DNA from: Clostridia bacterium
GTDB taxonomy: Bacteria > Bacillota > Clostridia > UMGS1840
Direction of reading: 5' to 3'
DNA length: 64,000 nt
NCBI GenBank assembly: GCA_017936745.1
Contig: JAGBEY010000016.1
Coordinates: 192 to 64,191, forward strand
The translations under genes were made by a program, and so were the position numbers. Positions 57,410 to 64,000 of the stretch are shown here, one piece after another. The notes below the pieces were generated by a model. It worked only from the letters and a program-made list of their open reading frames with translations. It did no database searches and had not been told where the DNA came from. Numbering within the stretch: position 1 is the stretch's first letter; every line of letters begins with the position of its first letter.

Positions 57410-58084
57410 TCAACTTTCTTCTTTTTTTCTAAAATGGCTGACACACACTTTCATACAAATTCCGCAAACTGAGCCTCTCCCAATATGCATAAAATGCTTT
57501 TTCATATAATCAGAGCAAGCTTTTCTATCTAAAAGAGAATCCTCCGGATTCTCCCGGGAAAACTCCTTGCCGTACAAAGCCTGGGCAGGACAATGCTTCA
57601 CACAGAGATTACAACCGTCACATAAATTTTCACCCAGCGGTTCTCCCGTTTCCAGCGGAAGATTGGTAAACACTGTCCCTAATCGGACAGCAGGGCCGAA
57701 ATCACGATGTAAAAACAATGCATTTTTTCCAATGGTACCAAGCCCCGCATACACTGCCGCTTTCTTATGAGAAAATTCTCCGGCGTATGTGTTATGACCA
57801 TTGACCGTCTGAGAGGCAGGAATGGGCATATAAAGTCCACCCTTTTTCTCTATCATTTGCCCGCACAAAAGCCCCAATCGGTCAATCAGCGCGTTTGCGG
57901 TTTTATAATGGTTAAAATAAGTATAAGTAGGTGCAGTATCAATCTGAGAAACCACAAAATCCGACAATTTTACCACAATGGACACGGCATAGTCCAACCT
58001 GTCATACGACACACGGGAAAAGCCTACATCACTTGCACCGTTTGCCAGCAAATATTCCCGAAGTGTGTTGGTAAATTCTTTCAT
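57410..58084 (-). CDS. 4Fe-4S cluster protein, QueG/reductive-dehalogenase-like
   Basis: Ferredoxin-type motif CDGCNLCVKHCP and a second Cys cluster CGICMKVC. The start is set at ATG 58084, so the gene does not overlap yraN. Confidence 0.6.
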   Translation of the reverse strand: MKEFTNTLREYLLANGASDVGFSRVSYDRLDYAVSIVVKLSDFVVSQIDTAPTYTYFNHYKTANALIDRLGLLCGQMIEKKGGLYMPIPASQTVNGHNTYAGEFSHKKAAVYAGLGTIGKNALFLHRDFGPAVRLGTVFTNLPLETGEPLGENLCDGCNLCVKHCPAQALYGKEFSRENPEDSLLDRKACSDYMKKHFMHIGRGSVCGICMKVCVSHFRKKEES

Positions 58085-58092
58085 ATTCTTCC

Positions 58093-58461
58093 TCACTGCA
58101 TTACATTTTTTAAATGATTGACGGTTGCGTGCCAAAACAGACCTTGTTTTTTCAAAACAACTTCAATCACATCAAAACGACATTCCAATTCCCTATCAAA
58201 CTGCAAAAGATAATATCGGGCACTTTTGAGCATATGCCTTTGCTTATACACTGAAACCGCTTCCGCCGGCGTGCCGTATTCCTCATTGGTTCTGGTTTTC
58301 ACTTCCACAAACACAATACAATCCTGCTGTTTTGCGATGATATCCAGTTCACCACCTTTGGTGCGGTAGTTACATTCTAAAATCTGATACCCACGGCGTT
58401 TTAAATAAGCTTGCGCTTTTCGCTCTCCCAGGATTCCGATTTTCTGACGGTTTGTTTTCAT
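58093..58461 (-). CDS. YraN family (UPF0102) endonuclease-like protein
   Basis: GERKAQAYLKRRGYQILECNYRTKGGELDIIAKQQDCIVFVEVKTR is the classic YraN PD-(D/E)xK pattern. Confidence 0.85.
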   Translation of the reverse strand: MKTNRQKIGILGERKAQAYLKRRGYQILECNYRTKGGELDIIAKQQDCIVFVEVKTRTNEEYGTPAEAVSVYKQRHMLKSARYYLLQFDRELECRFDVIEVVLKKQGLFWHATVNHLKNVMQ

Positions 58462-58462
58462 T

Positions 58463-59071
58463 TTATTGCTCCAACAGCTTTTTTAAGAAAGATTTTCTGT
58501 GAATGGGAGTGATTCCATAAGCCGCAATAGCCTCGTAATGAGCTTTTGTCCCATATCCCTTATGCTTGGAAAAGCCATATCCGGGATATTCTTTCTCATA
58601 TTCGTCCAGCAAGCGGTCTCTCGTTACTTTGGCAAGAATGGAAGCGCAGGCAATGCTGTAAGACTTGGCATCCCCCTTTACCACTGTTTTATTGGGGGTG
58701 GTGATACCGCGGTTTTGATTGCCGTCAATCAGTGCAAATTCTGCTTTCACCGATAAGCCGTTAATTGCCTCTTCCATTGCTTTTAAGGTGGCGTTTAAAA
58801 TATTGATTTTATCAATTTCATCATTATCAATGAGACAAACCGAATATGCAACTGCTTCCTTTATAATTTGCTCATATAAGGCTTCTCTCTTTTTTTCGGA
58901 TAGCTTTTTAGAGTCGTTGACACCCTCAATGAACGAATGTTTCGGCATAATTACTGCCGCCGCAGCAACCGGACCGCAAAGAGGCCCTCTGCCGGCTTCA
59001 TCAACACCGCAGATATAAGTGTAGCTTTTGCCGTCTCCAATCAGCTCCAAATCGTCAATAAACCGGTTCAT
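58463..59071 (-). CDS. rnhB: Ribonuclease HII
   Basis: GVDEAGRGPLCGPV and ASILAKVTRD motifs. Confidence 0.92.
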   Translation of the reverse strand: MNRFIDDLELIGDGKSYTYICGVDEAGRGPLCGPVAAAAVIMPKHSFIEGVNDSKKLSEKKREALYEQIIKEAVAYSVCLIDNDEIDKINILNATLKAMEEAINGLSVKAEFALIDGNQNRGITTPNKTVVKGDAKSYSIACASILAKVTRDRLLDEYEKEYPGYGFSKHKGYGTKAHYEAIAAYGITPIHRKSFLKKLLEQ

Positions 59072-59919
59072 AATTCCTCCGGAGATTCCAAGGAAATTTT
59101 GCCGAAACGGGCATTTTTGAAATCATCCAACACGGCGTTGGCACACCGCTCGTAATCGGGGTCATTTTTCTTGAAAATATACCCCCGTTTGATAGCAATT
59201 TTATCGTATAAGGTGAGCTTATCGTCAAACTCCTCAATCTCAATTTTATAGCGTTCTTCCAGTTTTTCTTTGTGATGAGAAAGCAGATAATCAATGAGAT
59301 GAACACCAAGCTCCTCCACATCCAAAATCTGACTTTTGATTGCACCGGTAAAAGCAAGATGCAGTGCTACTTTCTCATCCCCGAGCTTCGGCCACAAAAT
59401 ACCGGGAGTGTCCATAAGTTCAATTTCATTGGAGATTTTCACCCACTGCTTATGCACTGTCACACCGGGACGGTCCTCGGTTTTTAACCGCTGCTTATTT
59501 GCCATACGGTTAATAAAGGAGGATTTTCCTGAATTGGGGATGCCCACCACCATAATACGGATGGGCTTGAAAATTCCTTTTTCCCGGTTTCTGTTCAGCT
59601 TTTCTTTCAAAAGCTCTTTCAAATCGGAAGAAATCCGTTTCAGTCCCTCTCCGGAGGAGCAGTTCACCTTAAGAGCCGGAATATTCTGTTTTTTATAGTA
59701 GGAAATCCACTGCTCGGTTACACTGTCATCTGCCATATCGGCTTTATTGAGCAACACAATTTTCGGTTTATTCTGACACAAAGCATCAATATCGGGATTT
59801 TTGGAGGAAATGGGGATTCTGGCATCCAGCACTTCCACCACTGCATCCACCAGCTTCAAATCCTCCGCAATCAGACGCTTTGTTTTCGCCATATGCCCCG
59901 GATACCAGTTGATATTCAT
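59068..59919 (-). CDS. ylqF: Ribosome biogenesis GTPase YlqF/RbgA
   Basis: MNINWYPGHMAKTKR. The GTPase is circularly permuted, with LNKADM (G4) before GIPNSGKSS (G1). Confidence 0.92.
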   Translation of the reverse strand: MNINWYPGHMAKTKRLIAEDLKLVDAVVEVLDARIPISSKNPDIDALCQNKPKIVLLNKADMADDSVTEQWISYYKKQNIPALKVNCSSGEGLKRISSDLKELLKEKLNRNREKGIFKPIRIMVVGIPNSGKSSFINRMANKQRLKTEDRPGVTVHKQWVKISNEIELMDTPGILWPKLGDEKVALHLAFTGAIKSQILDVEELGVHLIDYLLSHHKEKLEERYKIEIEEFDDKLTLYDKIAIKRGYIFKKNDPDYERCANAVLDDFKNARFGKISLESPEEL

Positions 59920-59936
59920 AAATCGTTCTCCAAATA

Positions 59937-60635
59937 TTATTTCAGGTTATAATTGTTATACAAGCCGCCAATTTCGTTAAAGGGGAAAACTCGAAACAGA
60001 GCTTTTCCCACGATGGATTTTTCTTCCACCATTCCAACTCCTGCTTCGTCGCGGCTGTCTCTGCTGGCATTTCGGTTATCGCCCAGCACAAACACACAGT
60101 CCTCCGGAACGATTTTGGGGTACTGACCCGGATAGTCGGACATAATTTTTGCAGCGATATAGCTTTCGTTGAGCTTTTTACCGTCTACATATACATCGCC
60201 GTTTTCAATATTTACGGTCTGACCCTCGGTTGCAATCACTCGTTTTACATAATACTGCTTGGGAGCACCCTTGGGTTCAAACACGATGATATCCCCATTT
60301 TCCGGCTCATAGCCCAAACGGTACACAAACAAACGGTTTCTGTCGTGGAGGGTAGGCTCCATCGAGCTTCCGCTTACCACAACAAAACGGAACACAAAAT
60401 TCGTGAGCAGCAGCACCACAATAATTGCAATTCCCAACGATTCAATCCATTCCAACAGTTCTCGTTTCCATCCTTTTTTCGATTTTTCCACCGGCTCAGC
60501 TTCTGCCTCGGCAGGCTCCGCAGCCGCTTCCTCCACAGGAGTTTCCCGGATAATTTCTTTGGAGACGGGCTCTTTTTGTTCTGCCACCTGCTCTACATTC
60601 TGTTCTTCCTGATTCATTTCAGGTTCAAAATTCAT
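59937..60635 (-). CDS. lepB: Signal peptidase I
   Basis: SGSSMEPTL (catalytic Ser), YVKRVIA (Lys) and GDNRNASRDSR motifs. ATG 60635 follows GAAGG. Confidence 0.88.
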   Translation of the reverse strand: MNFEPEMNQEEQNVEQVAEQKEPVSKEIIRETPVEEAAAEPAEAEAEPVEKSKKGWKRELLEWIESLGIAIIVVLLLTNFVFRFVVVSGSSMEPTLHDRNRLFVYRLGYEPENGDIIVFEPKGAPKQYYVKRVIATEGQTVNIENGDVYVDGKKLNESYIAAKIMSDYPGQYPKIVPEDCVFVLGDNRNASRDSRDEAGVGMVEEKSIVGKALFRVFPFNEIGGLYNNYNLK

Positions 60636-60762
60636 ATTGTATGCCTTCTTTCTATCATCCGAATCAATATCACACGGATTTTTTATTATTGTAATTTTAA
60701 CAAAATCCACACGGAATGTCAACTGATTTCAAATATTTTTCGGATTTTATTTCATATTTTTG

Positions 60763-60791
60763 TTGACTAATCTTCCATTTTATTGTAAAAT
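60763..60791 (+). promoter_or_regulatory. Candidate promoter of the citrate synthase gene
   Basis: TTGACT (60763-60768), 17 nt, then TAAAAT (60786-60791). Confidence 0.5.
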
Positions 60792-60877
60792 GTACTGTAA
60801 GGTATTTTTAAATAAGAAACTACTTTGATTTCTTTTTTGATTCGCACCTAAATTATCACCAAAGGAGAAATAATGCA

Positions 60878-62230
60878 ATGGAAAAAAGAGAACTTACACA
60901 AGAATATATTGACCATTTATCTCATAAAGTAGACGAATTTTCGCAGGTAGACCCCTCTTTGTATGGTAAATACGACGTAAAAAGAGGTCTTCGTAACGCA
61001 AACGGAACCGGTGTTCTCGTAGGGCTGACAACGGTTGGCAATGTCAGCAGTTATATTATTGAAAATGATGAAAAAGTGGCAATCCCCGGTAAACTTTCCT
61101 ACCGCGGCATTGAAATCCGTGATATTATTGCGGGGCTGAAAGGCAGAAGAATGGGCTTTGAAGAAGTCATTTTCCTGCTGCTTTTTTCCAAGCTTCCCAA
61201 CAAGGAAGAATTTGAAACCTTCTGCGACACCATTGCTTCCTACCGCGAACTGCCTTACGGCTTTACCGAAGATATGATTTTAAAAGCTCCCAGTAAGGAT
61301 ATTATGAACAAGCTTGCCAGAGGGGTTTTATCTCTGTATTCTTATGACAACAATCCCGATGATACCAGTATTCCCAATGTCATCCGCCAGATTATTCAGC
61401 TGATTGCCCGCCTAAGCACCATTGCAGCGTACGGATATCAGGCGAAAAAGCACTACTTTGACGGAAAAAGTCTGGTGCTGCACCGTTGCAAGGATGAATA
61501 TTCCATTGCAGAAAATTTCCTGCACTTAATCCGCACCAACAGAAAATTTACACCCTTAGAAGCAGAAATTCTCGATTTGATGCTGATTCTTCACGCAGAG
61601 CATGGCGGCGGTAACAACTCCACCTTTACCACTCATGTTGTAACTTCTTCGGGTACTGATGTGTATTCTGCCATCGCAGCAGCAATCGGTTCGTTAAAAG
61701 GACCCCGTCACGGTGGTGCCAACATCAAAGTGGTGGAAATGATGGAAGATTTATGCGAAAATGTGGCAGATTGGGAAAGTGATGAAGAAATCATGAACCA
61801 CCTGGCAAAAATTCTGGATAAAAAGGCTTATGACCACAGTGGTTTAATCTATGGTATGGGTCACGCCGTTTACACTATTTCCGACCCCCGTGCAGAGTTG
61901 CTTCGGGAAAAAGCAAGAGAGCTTGCAGAAGAAAAAGGTGCAATGAAGCAATTCCGCGTTTATGAAGCGGTAGAACGACTGGCGCCGGTTGTTATCAACA
62001 GAAAAACCAATAAAATCATTTGTGCCAATGTGGATTTGTATTCCGGCTTTGTGTATCAGATGTTGAATATTCCGAAAGAGCTGTTTACTCCGCTGTTTGC
62101 CATTTCCCGAATTGCAGGCTGGAGTGCACACATTCTGGAAGAAATTTCTATGAACAAAAAAATTATGAGACCGGCTTATAAATGTGTTTCTAAAGATACC
62201 ACTTACACCCCCTTAGAAGAAAGAGAATAA
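60878..62230 (+). CDS. Citrate synthase (citrate/2-methylcitrate synthase family)
   Basis: Motifs HAEHGGGNNSTF, GPRHGGAN and GMGHAVY. Confidence 0.9.
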   Translation: MEKRELTQEYIDHLSHKVDEFSQVDPSLYGKYDVKRGLRNANGTGVLVGLTTVGNVSSYIIENDEKVAIPGKLSYRGIEIRDIIAGLKGRRMGFEEVIFLLLFSKLPNKEEFETFCDTIASYRELPYGFTEDMILKAPSKDIMNKLARGVLSLYSYDNNPDDTSIPNVIRQIIQLIARLSTIAAYGYQAKKHYFDGKSLVLHRCKDEYSIAENFLHLIRTNRKFTPLEAEILDLMLILHAEHGGGNNSTFTTHVVTSSGTDVYSAIAAAIGSLKGPRHGGANIKVVEMMEDLCENVADWESDEEIMNHLAKILDKKAYDHSGLIYGMGHAVYTISDPRAELLREKARELAEEKGAMKQFRVYEAVERLAPVVINRKTNKIICANVDLYSGFVYQMLNIPKELFTPLFAISRIAGWSAHILEEISMNKKIMRPAYKCVSKDTTYTPLEERE

Positions 62231-62289
62231 TTTACAAATACGTGAAATTGAATTTTGGAAAGGAACTGTGATTTTCACAGACGGCTGCT

Positions 62290-63774
62290 ATGAATTTAAG
62301 CATTTCCTACATTTTGATGGTAGTGGGGATTCTTCTGGCAAAGGCCATGGGCTTTGTGCGGGAGCTGTTTTTGGGAAACAACTTCGGCACCGGGCTCACC
62401 ATGGATATTTATGCTCAGGTTTTCTCTGTTGCCAGTGTAATTTTCACTGCATTCGGTGTGGCACTCTCCACATTTGTCATCAAAAGCATCAACAATAAAA
62501 TGATTCAAAACGAAACCGAAGAACGGGAATTTGTGGGATTCTTTTTTAAGTATGCAATGATATTCTCGCTCCTTTTTACGGTGGTTTTATATGCTCTTTC
62601 TTACCCTATCACAAAATTGCTGTTACCCGGGCTGTCGGAGGCTGATTTTTCGGTAGCACTGAAGCTGTTCTGGATTATGCTCCCCTCCCTCACCTTTATT
62701 GTTCTGACCTACACAGCTATGGGACTGCTTCAGAATAAAAACAAGTTTTTTATCACCTCCGTGGTCAGCTTTCCCTTTAATGCAATCCTGATTCTCAGTA
62801 TGATTTTAGAAGTTCGGGACATTTACACCTTAGGAGCGGTAACCACCATAGGCTGGGCGGCACATTTTCTGTTTTTACTGCCCTCTCTCTTAAAACAAAA
62901 CTACAAGCTCTGGAGCAATACCAATCAGAAAGACAAGCTGAGCTTGGGAAATCCTGCGGAAATACTGTTCATTCTCATTTCCAATATGGTGTTTCAGCTT
63001 CTCTTTATCATCGACAAAGCCTTTGCCAGTGTCAGCGAGGGATTCCCCTCCGCCATCCATTACGGCAGCACATTGTTTACGACTGTATCCAGCATCTTTT
63101 TGGTGGCAATGTCGGCAGTGTTTTTCCCCTCTGTCACCAAAGCGATGAAGGTGAATGATACCAACACCATCAACCGTTTAATCCGCTATGCGCTGACCTT
63201 TATGTTTGCGATATTTGTGCCGTTTTTAATGATTGTTGGAATTTACCACAGAGACATTATTACCCTCTTGTATCTTCGCGGTGAATTTACGATGGAATCG
63301 GTAAATCTGGTGGCACCGGCATTTTTACTCTATGCATTCTGTGTGTTTGGATACATTACTCAAGAGCTATTATTCAAAATTTTCTACGCAAAAGGAAAAT
63401 ATAAGCTGACGGTGATTTCCGCCATTTCCATTTTACTTCTGAATCTTATTGCAAACTGCATATTCCGAAATTCGTTCTTCGGAATTGTAGGTTCTACAAC
63501 TGTGATATGCATTATTTTCGCCATTGTAATGTTTTGGTGGCTGGCAAAGGAATGTAACGGTTTTATTAACAAAGACTTCTTCAAAAATGTGGGAATCATT
63601 GTCCTTTCTTCTCTCGTTTTCGTTGTTGTTCATCTAATATTCAAGCACACATGCGGATATCATAACAAGCTGATGTTTATTCTGCCTGTTGTAACCGGTG
63701 CTTTGATTTATCTGGCAGTGTTATATCGCACAAACATTCTCAAGCTTATTTTAACAGCAAAAGAAGAAAAATAA
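62290..63774 (+). CDS. murJ: MurJ/MviN-type (MOP superfamily) lipid II flippase
   Basis: 494 aa and about 14 TM helices. The N-terminal [20 protein letters not shown]...DIY pattern is present. Confidence 0.8.
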   Translation: MNLSISYILMVVGILLAKAMGFVRELFLGNNFGTGLTMDIYAQVFSVASVIFTAFGVALSTFVIKSINNKMIQNETEEREFVGFFFKYAMIFSLLFTVVLYALSYPITKLLLPGLSEADFSVALKLFWIMLPSLTFIVLTYTAMGLLQNKNKFFITSVVSFPFNAILILSMILEVRDIYTLGAVTTIGWAAHFLFLLPSLLKQNYKLWSNTNQKDKLSLGNPAEILFILISNMVFQLLFIIDKAFASVSEGFPSAIHYGSTLFTTVSSIFLVAMSAVFFPSVTKAMKVNDTNTINRLIRYALTFMFAIFVPFLMIVGIYHRDIITLLYLRGEFTMESVNLVAPAFLLYAFCVFGYITQELLFKIFYAKGKYKLTVISAISILLLNLIANCIFRNSFFGIVGSTTVICIIFAIVMFWWLAKECNGFINKDFFKNVGIIVLSSLVFVVVHLIFKHTCGYHNKLMFILPVVTGALIYLAVLYRTNILKLILTAKEEK

Positions 63775-63799
63775 AAATTTAATATACAAAAGGAAAAGA

Positions 63800-64000
63800 A
63801 TGATTATGAAAAAAGCAGTAGAAAAAGCAGGCACTTTTTTGGGCGAATTCAAAAAATTTGCATTAAAAGGTAACGTGTTGGATATGGCTGTCGGTGTTGT
63901 AATCGGCGGTGCATTCGGAAAAATTGTTACCTCTTTGGTTGCAGATATCATTACTCCCGTAATCGGCTTACTCTTAGGCGGCGTTGATTTCAAAAATCTT
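63800..64000 (+). CDS. mscL: Large-conductance mechanosensitive channel, 5' part (runs off the right edge)
   Basis: [64 protein letters not shown]. The [17 protein letters not shown] motif is present. The frame is open to position 64000. Confidence 0.88.
   Translation, partial: MIMKKAVEKAGTFLGEFKKFALKGNVLDMAVGVVIGGAFGKIVTSLVADIITPVIGLLLGGVDFKNL

Overview
This 64-kb window looks like chromosome from a low-GC, spore-forming Clostridia-type Firmicute. Support for that: spo0A, cwlD and ylmC/ymxH are present, and six wall proteins carry SLH (S-layer homology) domains. I call about 60 protein genes, mostly on the minus strand and mostly housekeeping: secA-prfB-prfA, gdhA, glnA, galE, ung, dtd, rpiB, mltG, rnhB, ylqF, lepB, citrate synthase, murJ and mscL. 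There is one tRNA-Thr(GGU) with its own promoter and terminator. I saw no rRNA, CRISPR array, transposase or prophage genes. Candidates for something new, in my order of interest: (1) An 856-aa TetM/EF-G-family translational GTPase is fused in one frame to a C-terminal YacP/Rae1-type NYN ribonuclease domain (42095-44665), in an operon with an MBL hydrolase. (2) Two non-coding 'mirror arrays' (9808-9972 and 49825-49996) share one architecture but not their sequence. Each has four direct copies of a 7-9-mer about 22 bp apart, then four or five inverted copies, and nearly every spacer is its own small hairpin. The second array sits between convergent copies of a TGATATAATGATTT promoter-like module. 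(3) Next to that array, two orphan small genes carry a near-identical 43-nt leader with two perfect tandem Spo0A boxes (TGTCGAA). spo0A itself, with its own upstream 0A boxes, is also in the window. (4) An orphan Card1/Can2-like CARF plus PD-(D/E)xK nuclease gene lies between spo0A and secA, with no cas genes in view. (5) The prfB programmed +1 frameshift site uses CUU UAA U rather than the canonical CUU UGA C, and prfA starts 2 nt after the prfB stop. All protein calls rest on motif recognition by eye. No database search was run.
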